A stretch of 64,000 bases of DNA from an uncultured Bacillota bacterium (GTDB taxonomy: Bacteria > Sysuimicrobiota > Sysuimicrobiia > Sysuimicrobiales > Segetimicrobiaceae), in NCBI GenBank assembly GCA_963804645.1, contig CAWDRG010000017.1, forward strand, positions 480,001 through 544,000, given 5' to 3'. Positions 21,008 to 30,997 of this stretch are shown here, piece after piece. The translations under genes and the position numbers were made by a program. The first letter of the stretch is position 1, and each line of letters starts with the position of its first letter. The notes under the pieces are model-generated. The model was given only the letters and a program-made list of their open reading frames with translations. It was not told the DNA's origin and ran no database searches.

Positions 21008-21759
21008 AGCCGGAACCCCTCGCCGAGATACAGCCGGCGGGCCTCCGGGTTCTCGAGGAGCTCCTCCGGCTGACCGCTCAGCAGAATCCGGCCGTCGTGA
21101 ATGATCTCGGCCCGGTCGGTGATCGCCAGCGTATCCCGGACGTTGTGGTCGCTGATGATCACCCCGAGCCCGCGCTCGCGCAGGTACCGGACGGTGTTCT
21201 GCAGCTCCTGGACCGATCGCGGATCGATGCCCGTGAACGGCTCGTCGAGCAGCAGGAACGCGGGGTTGAGCGCGAGCGCCCGGGCGATTTCCACGCGCCG
21301 GCGCTCACCGCCGGACAGCGTCCACGCGCGGTGATCCGACAGAGGCGTCAGCTCGAACTCGTCCAGGAGCTCCGTCACCCGCTCCCGCTGCGCGTCCGCC
21401 GGCATTTCCCGCTGCTGCTCGAGACACAGCCGCACGTTCTCGCGGACCGTGAGGCGCCGGAAGATCGACGGCTCCTGCGCGAGGTAGCCGAGCCCGTGCC
21501 GGACGCGCTGGTCGACCGGCTCGTGGGTGACGTCGTGGCTGCCGATCCACACCTCGCCCGCGTCCGGTTTGACGAGGCCGACCACCATGTAAAAGGTCGT
21601 CGTCTTCCCGGCGCCGTTCGGACCGAGCAGGCCGACGATCTCGCGCGGACGGACCGAGACCGACACGTCGTTCACGACCGTCCGCTCCTGGTAGCGCTTG
21701 ACCAGCCCGCTGGCCCGGAGCATTCCCCGCGAGCGCTCCAGCGGGATCACAGAGCTCAT
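21004..21759 (-). CDS. lptB: LPS export ABC ATPase
   Basis: GPNGAGKTTTFYMVVG, GYLAQEPSIFR, LSGGERRRVEIARAL, LLDEPF.GIDP, DHNVR. Confidence 0.96.
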   Translation of the reverse strand: MSSVIPLERSRGMLRASGLVKRYQERTVVNDVSVSVRPREIVGLLGPNGAGKTTTFYMVVGLVKPDAGEVWIGSHDVTHEPVDQRVRHGLGYLAQEPSIFRRLTVRENVRLCLEQQREMPADAQRERVTELLDEFELTPLSDHRAWTLSGGERRRVEIARALALNPAFLLLDEPFTGIDPRSVQELQNTVRYLRERGLGVIISDHNVRDTLAITDRAEIIHDGRILLSGQPEELLENPEARRLYLGEGFRL

Positions 21760-22721
21760 GGAGGCGACGACGGCCCCTCCTCACGCGGGTACGCGACGAT
21801 CGTCACGCTCCCGTCGGCCTGCGCCCGGTTCTGCGCGAGATCCATCGTGATCGTGTCGGCGTGCACGACGTCGCGGTCCCTGGTGAGCATCGCGTGACCC
21901 GAGAGCACCGCCGTGTCCGCGCCGCCGGCGTAGGTCGCCCGGTCGGCGACCGCGTGCACGTGCTGGCCGGCCCGGTCGAGCACGACGTGGCCGGTCGCCG
22001 TGGCATCGCGCGTGCCGAGGTTCGCCGAGATCGCGTCCGCCTGGATGTGATCCCCGCCGCGGGTCAGGGAGGCGTGGCCGTCCACCTGGGCGAGGCGCGT
22101 CGTCCGATCGTACGTGACGGCGTCGCCGCTGAGCGCTTCGTCGGCCCGGGTCCCCACGACGTGGCCGGTCGCGGTCACGTCGTGGTGGTCCGCATCGTCG
22201 CGCATCTCAATCCGGTCGGCCGACAGCTGCGTCCATTCCCCCTCGTCAAGCACGCGGCCTTGGGCGTGCCCGTCCGCGACGAGATGCCGCGCATTCAGCT
22301 CGGCGGTCAGGTGGTCCGCCGACAATTCCTCGGTCGGGCTGGAGATCGTGCCGCCCTCGGGCAGGTCCGCGGTGCGCGTCGTGCCGGTATAGAGCACGAC
22401 CGGGGCCACGAGACGCCGGACCCCCTGCGTGACCACGACCTGGGGGCCGCGAAATGCATACTGCTCCGTCGCGGCGTCGTATTGGATCTCGGTCGCGCCG
22501 ACGACGTCCACCGGCTCCGACGCCGCCGCGGCGGGCGCCGCTCCCGGTGCCGGGGCGGACGTGGCCGGCCCCGGGCTCTGCGCGAACGCCGGCGCCGACG
22601 CCGCGAGGACCACACACGCCCAGCCCGCAAGCGCCGCGTACGCGGCCGCGGTCCGCCGCGGGCGCGGACAGGCGCCCCGGCAACGGCGTGGCGATCCCCG
22701 ATCGGGCCGGCGGATCGTCAC
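21756..22721 (-). CDS. lptA: LptA/OstA-family periplasmic protein with repeated beta-jellyroll units
   Basis: Signal peptide and repeated 'L.AD.I....A.A.G.V' units; lies between lptC and lptB. Confidence 0.75.
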   Translation of the reverse strand: MTIRRPDRGSPRRCRGACPRPRRTAAAYAALAGWACVVLAASAPAFAQSPGPATSAPAPGAAPAAAASEPVDVVGATEIQYDAATEQYAFRGPQVVVTQGVRRLVAPVVLYTGTTRTADLPEGGTISSPTEELSADHLTAELNARHLVADGHAQGRVLDEGEWTQLSADRIEMRDDADHHDVTATGHVVGTRADEALSGDAVTYDRTTRLAQVDGHASLTRGGDHIQADAISANLGTRDATATGHVVLDRAGQHVHAVADRATYAGGADTAVLSGHAMLTRDRDVVHADTITMDLAQNRAQADGSVTIVAYPREEGPSSPP

Positions 22722-22722
22722 C

Positions 22723-23379
22723 TCATCGCACCGTCATGTGCACGTGCCCAAAGAACCGGGTTTCGCCGAGGCGGGTGTTCGAGGTCATGCGGTCGGCGTA
22801 CATGATCACCCGCTCCTCAAGCACCCGCACGTTTCCGACGCCGGTCACCATCTCGGAGGCGGGCGAATAGCTCAGCTTGTCGGCAAAGATTTCGCGCCCG
22901 TTGGTGCCGACGCCGTGCACGTCGCCGGCCAGTTCGACGTTCTTACTCTGGGTGTCGTAGGCGCCCGACCCGCCGGTCACCGTCATCGACGACCCGTCCG
23001 TGTTGTAGAACACCGCGTGCACGTTCTTGAGATGGACCTGCGTGCCATTCCTCGCCAACGACAGGTCGTCCGCGACGATCTGCCACCGCTTGCGGCCGGA
23101 GGCGTCGCGGCTCACGAGATTCCCGGCTCGGATCTCGCCGGTCGCGAGCGTGTCGGCCGACGGCTGCGTGCCGGCCGCGGTCGAGGCGGTCTGCGGCGGG
23201 GCGGCCTGCCCGTGGGGGGACGCCACGGGGGCACGCTCGGCCGTGGGGGCCGGCGCGGACGGCAATCCCGCCGAGCTCGTCCCGCCGCGGGGCATGAGGC
23301 TCCACGCGAGCGCGGCCACCAGCACCGCGGGCACACTCCAGATCATGATCCGTCGCAACACTGTCATGGCAGGCTCCAA
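22723..23379 (-). CDS. lptC: LPS export periplasmic protein LptC
   Basis: Single N-terminal TM, G.KRWQI.A, G.YD.....VEL.GDV and ADKLSY motifs; gene context. Confidence 0.85.
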   Translation of the reverse strand: MEPAMTVLRRIMIWSVPAVLVAALAWSLMPRGGTSSAGLPSAPAPTAERAPVASPHGQAAPPQTASTAAGTQPSADTLATGEIRAGNLVSRDASGRKRWQIVADDLSLARNGTQVHLKNVHAVFYNTDGSSMTVTGGSGAYDTQSKNVELAGDVHGVGTNGREIFADKLSYSPASEMVTGVGNVRVLEERVIMYADRMTSNTRLGETRFFGHVHMTVR

Positions 23380-23443
23380 GGGCGTTCACCCATACATATC
23401 CACGGCGCGGCACCCGTGTCACCGCACCGAAGACTCCACCACC

Positions 23444-24637
23444 CTATCGTATCGCGCGCCCCGCCCGCCTGTCCAGCGCTCGGAGGACTTCCTCGGCCGC
23501 CCGCATCATCACGCCCGGCGGACCAAGGCGGCGACGCACCTCCCGAAGATCCTCGCGGAGCGCCGCCCCGCCTCCGTCGAGCAGCCGGCGCACCTCGTCC
23601 TGGATCCGCGGGCCGGTCACCGCGCCCTGGACCAGTTCCGGCACGGCCGCGCGCCCGAGCACGATGTTCGGCACCGACCATCCGTGGCGGCCGGCGTCGG
23701 GGGTGAGGACGAACCGCCGCGCGATCCACTCGGTCAGGGGCGAGATACGGTAGACGACGACCATCGGCACTCCGATACACGCCGCCTGCACCGGCGCCGT
23801 TCCCGACGCGACCACGATCGCGTCCGAGGCGGCCATCACATCCAGCGCGCGCCCCTCGACGATCCGGACCGGCACGCCGCACCGCGCGGTCACGGACTCG
23901 ACGACCGGCCCGAGGTGGGCGGAGGCAAGCGGGAGCACGCACCGCAGGCGGCGGTCGGCCGCGAGCGCACGCGCGGCCGCAAGCATCGGCGGGAGCAGGG
24001 TGCGCACCTCCTGCGTGCGGCTCCCGGGCAGCAGCCCGAGCAGCGTCCCGTGCCCCGCGTCCCATTCCGCCCGCAGCGCGTCGCGCGACACGGTCCCGTC
24101 CGGCGCGTCCACGGCCGGATGCCCGACGTACTCGACGTCGGCCCCCGCGTTCCGGTACGCGTCCGCCTCAAACGGCAGCACCGCGAGCAGCCGGACGGCC
24201 GCGCGGGCCATGCGCGCCGCGGAGTGGCCGCGGCGGCCGTACGTCTGGGGGGGCACGAAGTACACGATCGGCAGCCGCCCGGAAAATGTCCGGACGAGCT
24301 CGCGGTTCACGCCGGGAAAATCGATCAGGAGCAGCACGTCGGGCCGGACGCGCTCGATCAGCCGCACGAGCCGCCAAAATCGGGCGGCGAACACCGGGAG
24401 GCGCACGTACGCCTCCACGTACCCGATCACCCCCCAGCGCGTGCTGTCGATCAGCACGTCCGCGCCGGCGCGCGCCATCGCGGGGCCGCCCACGCCGAGG
24501 ACGGTCAGGTCCGGCCGCAGGCCGCGGAGCGCCGCGATCAGCCCGCCGCCCTGGTGGTCCCCCGACACCTCGCCGGCGACCGCGAGGATGCGCGCGGGCC
24601 CGGGACCGCCGGATTCCGGGGGACTCGACCCGCCCAC
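23444..24637 (-). CDS. lpxB: Lipid A disaccharide synthase
   Basis: AGEVSGD, GVGGPAM, IDFPG.N, LPFE, YVGHP, LLPGSR, ASGTA. Confidence 0.93.
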   Translation of the reverse strand: MGGSSPPESGGPGPARILAVAGEVSGDHQGGGLIAALRGLRPDLTVLGVGGPAMARAGADVLIDSTRWGVIGYVEAYVRLPVFAARFWRLVRLIERVRPDVLLLIDFPGVNRELVRTFSGRLPIVYFVPPQTYGRRGHSAARMARAAVRLLAVLPFEADAYRNAGADVEYVGHPAVDAPDGTVSRDALRAEWDAGHGTLLGLLPGSRTQEVRTLLPPMLAAARALAADRRLRCVLPLASAHLGPVVESVTARCGVPVRIVEGRALDVMAASDAIVVASGTAPVQAACIGVPMVVVYRISPLTEWIARRFVLTPDAGRHGWSVPNIVLGRAAVPELVQGAVTGPRIQDEVRRLLDGGGAALREDLREVRRRLGPPGVMMRAAEEVLRALDRRAGRAIR

Positions 24638-24640
24638 CGC

Positions 24641-25483
24641 CTACCCGGCGCCCGGCATCTCCACCGCGGCGACCGCGATGCCCGCCGCGTCGGCCGCGGC
24701 GACGAGCGCGTCCCGGTCGAGCAAGATCGTGCGCCCAGCCTCGACGACGAGCGCCGTGCCGCGCGCCTCGGCGAGCGCGGCAACCGTGCCCGGCCCGATC
24801 ACCGGCAGATCGTACCGCGGATCCTGACGCGGCCGGCTGACCTTCACAATGACCACCCCGTCCGCGAGGCCGCCCGAGCGGCGGATCATCGCGTCGGTGC
24901 CCTCCGCCGCTTCGACGGCGACGACGACCCCGCGGCCCACGGCGACGGCCTGGCCGATGTCGAGGCCCGCGATCCCCCGCGCGATCCGGAGGCCGAGCGC
25001 CGCGTCCCGGGACTCGTCCGCGGTGAGCGCCCTCGCGCCGAGCGTTCCCACCGAGGGAACCAGGTCCTCGATATACCGGGTCTGGCTCGCCACCGCAAAC
25101 CCCGCCTCCTCGAGGACCGCCACCAACATCGAGAGGATGCTCGCGTCCCGCAAGTCGCCGAGCCCCGCGAGCCGGACCGCGGCCGCGGCGCCCTCGGCGT
25201 CGAAGCGCACGTCCCGCATCGCCGTCAGCTTGTCGACCTTGCCGGCGAGCACGATCTCACGCACGGCGTGGCGGCGGAGGGCGGCGATCATCGCGCCGAG
25301 CTCGCCGATCGACACGGCGTAGTACGCGTCCGCAATCTCACGGAGCGCAGGATCGCTGTCCACGGGGGACACGCAGATCACCGCCCGGCCCCGGCGGCGC
25401 GCGCCCTCGGCGATCTCAACAGGCAGCCGCCCTCCGGCGGCGATCAACCCGACTGGCTCGACCGGGGCGGCGTCCGCGATCAC
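24641..25483 (-). CDS. lpxI: UDP-2,3-diacylglucosamine pyrophosphatase LpxI
   Basis: GLIAAGGRLP, LAGKVDK, LDIGQAV, AVEAAEGTD.MI.R, KVSRPRQDPRYDLPVIG. Confidence 0.92.
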   Translation of the reverse strand: MIADAAPVEPVGLIAAGGRLPVEIAEGARRRGRAVICVSPVDSDPALREIADAYYAVSIGELGAMIAALRRHAVREIVLAGKVDKLTAMRDVRFDAEGAAAAVRLAGLGDLRDASILSMLVAVLEEAGFAVASQTRYIEDLVPSVGTLGARALTADESRDAALGLRIARGIAGLDIGQAVAVGRGVVVAVEAAEGTDAMIRRSGGLADGVVIVKVSRPRQDPRYDLPVIGPGTVAALAEARGTALVVEAGRTILLDRDALVAAADAAGIAVAAVEMPGAG

Positions 25484-26298
25484 CGTGCAAACCCCGCGCC
25501 CCGCGCTCGGCTGGCACGAATGAACTCGACGAGGTGCGTGATCTCCGGGCTGGGCTCGATCTCCGCTTCGATGCGCGCCAGCGCGTGCGCGAGGTCGAGC
25601 CCGGACCGCACGAGCAGCCGATGCGCGCGCCGCAAACTCTCCCGGGTGCTGCGCGGGATGCCCGCGCGCTCGAGCCCAACGCGGTTCGTCGCCACGGTCC
25701 GGATCGGATTCCCGGACACCAGCATATACGGCAGCACGTCCTGCACCACCCGGCTGAAGCCGGCGATCATCGCGAGGCTGCCCACGTGCGCTCGCTGGAT
25801 GATCCCGACCATCCCCCCGAGCACGGCCCGGTCCTCGATCACGACGTGCCCGGCGATCTGGCACATGTTGGTGATGAGCACGCCGCGGCCGATCCGGCAG
25901 TTGTGGCCGGCGTGCGAGTACGCGAGCATCTCCGTGTCGTCCCCCACGACCGTCTCTGCCCCGTCCCCGGTCGCGCGGCTCAACGACACGTACTCCCGCA
26001 GAATCACGCGGTCGCCGATCCGAAGACGGCTGCGCTCGCCCGAGAAGTGGCGGTCCTGAGGCGGACCGCCGAGAATGGCGCCGGCCGAGACGCGGCAGTC
26101 GCGCCCCAACTCCGTGTCCTGCTCGAGCAGCACGTGGGGCCCGATCCACGTGCCGTCGCCGATCCGCACGCGCGGGTGGATCACCGAGTAGGCGTCGATC
26201 CGCACCCCCGCGCCGAGTTCGGCCGTCGGGTCCACGAGCGCCGTCGGATGGATCTCCACGCCGGCGGCACGGGGCGACGACCGCTCAGCCGCGCTCAC
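25480..26298 (-). CDS. lpxA: UDP-N-acetylglucosamine O-acyltransferase
   Basis: IHPTA, hexapeptide repeats, [27 protein letters not shown]. Confidence 0.94.
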   Translation of the reverse strand: MSAAERSSPRAAGVEIHPTALVDPTAELGAGVRIDAYSVIHPRVRIGDGTWIGPHVLLEQDTELGRDCRVSAGAILGGPPQDRHFSGERSRLRIGDRVILREYVSLSRATGDGAETVVGDDTEMLAYSHAGHNCRIGRGVLITNMCQIAGHVVIEDRAVLGGMVGIIQRAHVGSLAMIAGFSRVVQDVLPYMLVSGNPIRTVATNRVGLERAGIPRSTRESLRRAHRLLVRSGLDLAHALARIEAEIEPSPEITHLVEFIRASRARGAGFAR

Positions 26299-26806
26299 CC
26301 ACGGCCTCCTCGCGCTGCACCGGCGCCCCGCCGTCGGCCGGGTCCATCTCAGCCATGCTCATCAGCGAATACGTCAGCATCCCCTCGGCCACGACGACGC
26401 CGCCCACGCGTGAAATCGCGTGGGCCTTCCCGAAGCGGCCGCGCGTCCGCACCAGGACCGCCTCGGTGATCAATTGATCGCCCGGACGCACGGGCCGTCG
26501 GAACCGCACCCGGTCGATGCTGGCGAAGTACGGCACCCGCCCCTCGCTGCCCGGGGTCAGGGCCACGAGCACGCCCCCGACCTGGGCCATCGCTTCCACG
26601 ATCAGCACACCCGGCATCACGGGGTGCGACGGAAAGTGTCCCACGAAAAACGGCTCGTTGATCGACACGTTCTTCAGGCCGACGATCCGCTTGCCGGGGT
26701 CCACTTCGAGGATGCGGTCGACGAGGAGCAGCGGGTACCGGTGCGGCAGCTTCACCATGATCTGCAGGACGTCCATCGCGCCGAGCTTCCGATCGTCCAC
26801 GGTCAT
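26285..26806 (-). CDS. fabZ: 3-hydroxyacyl-ACP dehydratase
   Basis: [48 protein letters not shown]. Confidence 0.96.
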   Translation of the reverse strand: MTVDDRKLGAMDVLQIMVKLPHRYPLLLVDRILEVDPGKRIVGLKNVSINEPFFVGHFPSHPVMPGVLIVEAMAQVGGVLVALTPGSEGRVPYFASIDRVRFRRPVRPGDQLITEAVLVRTRGRFGKAHAISRVGGVVVAEGMLTYSLMSMAEMDPADGGAPVQREEAVGERG

Positions 26807-27645
26807 CCCCCCTGTTCGCCGAACCCGGCGCGCGGCGCAAGCGCGCGCGCGAGCGCCACGTGCAGCCGGTGGCCCCCGCGGACGACCACGACCCGTCCGC
26901 GGATCGGACGGCCGAGCAGCGCGAGATCCCCCACCAAGTCGAGCAGCTTGTGCCGCGCGGGCTCATTCGGGAACCGCGGCGGGTTGAGAAAGCCTCCCTC
27001 GCGGATCACCAGCGTGTTCTCGAGGCTGGCGCCGAGCGCCAGCCCTCGCGCGCGCAGCGCCTCCGCATCCCGCTCATACCCCCACGTTCGCGCCGGGGCG
27101 ATCGCTTCCTCGTACGCGGCCGGCCCCCCATCGTACGTGGCCGCCTGGTCCCCAAGACCCGCGGTCAGCGTGACGACGTACGCCGCGGAGAACTGCGGAG
27201 CGGGCAGCGCGACCGCCCAGGCGTCCCCGTCCGCCACCCAGACCGGCTCGCGCACCACGAACGGCCGGCGCGGCGCCCCGAGCACGCGCTCGCCGGCCCG
27301 GTGGAGCGCACGGACGATCGGCAGCGCGCTCCCGTCGAGCCCAGGGAACTCGGGGCCGTCAACGTCGACGGCGAGATTGTCCACGCCGAGCGAGACCGCG
27401 GCCGACAGCAGATGCTCGACGGTCGAGACGCCCTCGGCCCCCCCGAGCGTCACGCATCCGGCGGTCCCGGTCACGGAATCGAGCACCGCCGGAATCGGCG
27501 GGCCCGCCCGGTCGGTCCGGCGGAACACGATCCCCGCGCCGTCGGGCGCGGGCCGCAGGGTCGCCCTGACCGCGCGTCCCGTGTGGAGGCCGATCCCTTC
27601 AACTGTGACCGCGGACGCGATCGTGCCCTGACGCCCCGGCGTCAC
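26803..27645 (-). CDS. lpxC: UDP-3-O-acyl-GlcNAc deacetylase
   Basis: [34 protein letters not shown]. Confidence 0.95.
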   Translation of the reverse strand: MTPGRQGTIASAVTVEGIGLHTGRAVRATLRPAPDGAGIVFRRTDRAGPPIPAVLDSVTGTAGCVTLGGAEGVSTVEHLLSAAVSLGVDNLAVDVDGPEFPGLDGSALPIVRALHRAGERVLGAPRRPFVVREPVWVADGDAWAVALPAPQFSAAYVVTLTAGLGDQAATYDGGPAAYEEAIAPARTWGYERDAEALRARGLALGASLENTLVIREGGFLNPPRFPNEPARHKLLDLVGDLALLGRPIRGRVVVVRGGHRLHVALARALAPRAGFGEQGG

Positions 27646-27695
27646 CCCGCCACCGCATCCGGGGCCGCCGGTGGGCGTGAATCCGCGCGCCGCAT

Positions 27696-28709
27696 CTAGG
27701 AACGCCCCTCAAGCCGCGCGACCCGGCGCCGGAGCTCGGCAAGCTCCCGCATCAGCGCGGGCACCCGCCGCGCCGCGGCCTCGGCACGGCGCTGCTCCAT
27801 CCGCGGACGCGCCGGGCGCCCCGCCACCACGGCACCGGGCGGCACGCTGCGGGTCACCGCGGTATCGCCGAGCACGACCGCGTCGTCGCCGACGGTCAGG
27901 TGGTCCGCGACCCCGCTCATGCCCCCGATCAGCACCCGGTGACCGATCTGCGCGCTGCCGGCGATGAACACTGCGGCCGCCATCGCCACATCCTCGCCGA
28001 TCTGCACGTTGTGGCCGATGTGCACGTAGTTGTCGAGCTTCGTGCCCCGCCCGACGCGGGTGACCCCGAGCGTCGCCCGGTCCACCGCCGAGTTCGCGCC
28101 GATCTCGACGTCGTCCCCGAGGACGACCGTGCCGATCTGGGGAATCGCGACATGCCGTTTCCCGTCCTGGGCGTACCCAAACCCGTCGCTGCCGATCACG
28201 GTCCCGGTCTGGAGGACGACGCGGGCCCCGACCTGGCACCCGTGCCGGACTGTCACGTGGGGGTGCAGCACCGCATCGGGCCCGATGCGCACGCCGTCCT
28301 CGATCACGGCGTGCGCCTGCACCTGCGCGCGGTCTCCGATCTCCACGTCGTCCCCCACCACCACGTACGGGCCGAGGGAGACGCCGGCGCCGAGGCGGGC
28401 GCGCGCGCCGATCACAGCGGTCTCGTGCACCCCGGGCCGCGGGATCGCAGCCGGCGCGAGCGCGCGCAGGGCCAGCGCGAGCGCGAGCCTGGTGTTGCGG
28501 ACGCGGATGGCGGGCAGGCGTGTCTCGGGAGCGCCTTCGGGCAGGATCACCGCGGCGGCGGCCTCGATTCCGGACAGCAGGCGGGCATCCGACACGACGA
28601 CCACCGCGCCGGGGCCCGCCTCGTCGGGCGGCGCGACCGACGTGATCTCGACCGCGGGCTCGCCGACCGCCCGCCCGCCGACCGCCCGGGCCAGATCGTC
28701 GAGCCGCAT
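27696..28709 (-). CDS. lpxD: UDP-3-O-acylglucosamine N-acyltransferase
   Basis: IGSDGFGY, IPQIG.V, EIGANSAVDR, TKLDN.VHIGHN. Confidence 0.95.
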   Translation of the reverse strand: MRLDDLARAVGGRAVGEPAVEITSVAPPDEAGPGAVVVVSDARLLSGIEAAAAVILPEGAPETRLPAIRVRNTRLALALALRALAPAAIPRPGVHETAVIGARARLGAGVSLGPYVVVGDDVEIGDRAQVQAHAVIEDGVRIGPDAVLHPHVTVRHGCQVGARVVLQTGTVIGSDGFGYAQDGKRHVAIPQIGTVVLGDDVEIGANSAVDRATLGVTRVGRGTKLDNYVHIGHNVQIGEDVAMAAAVFIAGSAQIGHRVLIGGMSGVADHLTVGDDAVVLGDTAVTRSVPPGAVVAGRPARPRMEQRRAEAAARRVPALMRELAELRRRVARLEGRS

Positions 28710-28726
28710 CGCCGCCCCCCGGAACG

Positions 28727-29135
28727 CTACTTCGACAGCCGGTCGATGACCTGCTGGGTGATGTCCGTGCCGCCGACCTCGCGCCTGGCCCTTGACCAGC
28801 ACGATGCGCAGCCCGTCCTGGCGCGCCACCTGTCCCGCCGCGTCGTCCAGCTGGGCGTTGAGTTTGCCCTCGAGATCCACCTGCATCTGCTGCAGCTGCG
28901 TCGCCAGGCTCGCCCGGCGCGCGTTCAGTTCGGCCGGGCTGACCTGCCCCTGCAGGGCCGTGAGCTCGGCGACCATCTGCTTCTCCCGATCGTCGAGCTG
29001 CTTCTGATACTGCAGCCCGACGACGCTCTCGTTCAGCACGCGCTGCGTGTCCACGACGCCGATCGACGCTCCGCCGCACCCGCTGACGAGCCCCACGGCC
29101 GCCACGACCAGCAGCGCCCCCCAGAACCGCGACAT
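28727..29135 (-). CDS. OmpH/Skp-family lipoprotein (frameshift ~28790)
   Basis: Lipobox LVSGC, IGVVD..RVL and coiled coil; the shifted frame ends GGTDITQQVIDRLSK. Confidence 0.8.
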
Positions 29136-29148
29136 CAGACCCCTCCCG

Positions 29149-30353
29149 CTACCGCTTGATTCGCGCGATCAGTTCGTCGGTGATATCCGTCACGTCGACC
29201 GTGCCAACCGCCCGTGTCAGGATGACATCATAGCCCTGTTCCTGGGCCAGCGCCGTGGCCTCCACCCGCACGTCCGCGAGAATGCTGTCCAGGAGGCGCC
29301 CGCGCTCGTCCTGGGCCTCCTGGAGCTGGGCCCGCAGGGACTGAGCCTCGGCCTGGGCTCCGGCGATCGCCTGCTGCTGCGCGCGCGCCACCTGCGCGCG
29401 CGCCCCCGCGACCAGCGCCTGCTCGCGCGTCGTGAGCACGGCTTTGATCTGCGTGTTCATCTGCGCGTTGAGCTGCGCCTGTTTGGCGGTGAGCTGGGCG
29501 TGGAAGGTCTTTTCCAGCTCGGCCTGCTTTTGCGCGAGCTGCTTCTGGCCCTCCGCGGTCAGCTGCGCTTCCAGGTCCTTGATCTGCTGCTCGTACGCGT
29601 CCTGCTGCTGCTTCTGGAAGTCGGCCAGCGCCTGCTGATTGGCCTTCTCGTGCGCGGCGGTCTTGGCGTCCCGCTCCGCCGTCAGCGCCTGGATCTGCTG
29701 CGCGACGGCCTGCTGCTGCGCGCGGTCGGCGCCCTGCACCGCCGTCTGCTTGAGCTGAAGGTTCAGCAGCGGCAGCCGGTACTGGTCCAGCATCTGCTCC
29801 TGATACTGGGCGGTGTCCTGGTTCAGGGACTGCTGCTTGTCGTCGACCGCCTTCTGCACTTGGGCCTGCAGCGCTTTCTGCTGTGTGTCAAACTCCGTCT
29901 GCTGCTGCCGCGTGCACCTGCGCCGCGTAGGCTTCGAGCTCCTTTTGGGACGCAGCGCGCAGTGCCGTGGCCGTCTGCGTGAACTGCTGCTCGAACTGCG
30001 GCCGCGCCGCCGCGAGCTCCTGCTGCGCCGTGGCCTGGAACGCGGGCTCGAGGTTGATCTGCGGCACCTGCAGCTGCGGCGCGATCGCGTTGAGCTGCCC
30101 CTCGAGGTCGGCGATGCGGCGGTCCAGCGCGTCTACGTCGCCCCAGCGCGGGTGGGCGCGGATGACCTTCTCGAAATCCACGACCACGACCTTGGGGCCC
30201 GCCGACGCGGTCGCACTGACCGTCGGGGACGTCGTCCCCTGACTCGCCGGTCGCGTGTCCCTGGCACCCCGCGAGCAGGAACACGAGCGGGAGACCCGCC
30301 CACGCCAGCCACCCGCGGCGCCGCCGGCGCGCGTCCCCGTGAGATGCGGCCAT
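29149..30353 (-). CDS. Long OmpH/Skp-like lipoprotein with extended Gln-rich coiled coil (several frameshifts)
   Basis: Lipobox LLAGC, VVDFEKVIRAHP at the N-terminus and A.EQGYDVIL..DITDELI at the C-terminus. Confidence 0.7.
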
Positions 30354-30387
30354 CGTCACCCTGCGCACCGCGCCGCTCGCCCGCCGC

Positions 30388-30864
30388 TCACTTGGAGTTG
30401 AGGGCCTTGATCACTTGATCGGTCAGGTCCACGCCGCCGTACAGGACCGCGGTGCGGTCGAGCACGATGGAGACGCCCTGCTGCGTGGCGACTTTTTGGA
30501 TCGCCGCCCGAATGTCTTTGTCGAGGCCGCCGAGCAGCTCGGCGCGCTTGTTGAAGATCGTCTGATCGACCTGACGCTGCAGGTCCTGCTTCTGCGCCGG
30601 CGTCATCGTCTTCATTTTCGCCTGCGCGTCGGCGATCTGCGCCTGCGCAAAATCGCGCAGCGCGGACTCGGCCGCGGCCTTGTTCGGGTGCGCGTTGAGC
30701 GCCCGCGTCATGTCGACGAAGCCGATCGTGTTCGCCTGGCTTCCGAACGCCGGCGCCACCCCGCGCGTCGTCGCGACGTACCCGGCCCCTGCGAGCACGA
30801 CGATCACCGCGACTGCGATCCCGATCATCTTGGCGTTCCACGTGTTTGTGCCCCACCGCATCAT
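30388..30864 (-). CDS. skp: OmpH/Skp periplasmic chaperone
   Basis: IGFVDM.RAL.AHP..AIQKVA...GVSIVLD...VLYGGVDLTDQVIK. Confidence 0.88.
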   Translation of the reverse strand: MMRWGTNTWNAKMIGIAVAVIVVLAGAGYVATTRGVAPAFGSQANTIGFVDMTRALNAHPNKAAAESALRDFAQAQIADAQAKMKTMTPAQKQDLQRQVDQTIFNKRAELLGGLDKDIRAAIQKVATQQGVSIVLDRTAVLYGGVDLTDQVIKALNSK

Positions 30865-30997
30865 GCGCTGTCTCCCTCCCCTATGTCTCGTGTGGCGTCA
30901 TCCGGTCCCCACCACACCGTCGTGCCGCTCCGCCCCTCGCCGTGCCGGACCGAGTGCCTGGCGCCGTCCCGCGCGCTGACCCGGGACGGGCCCCGCC

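Noticed and set aside
18551..29135. Apparent LptF-ArnT (18551..21007) and Skp-LpxD (27696..29135) fusions
   Set aside because: Both arise from single indels; the proper C-termini are present in alternative frames.
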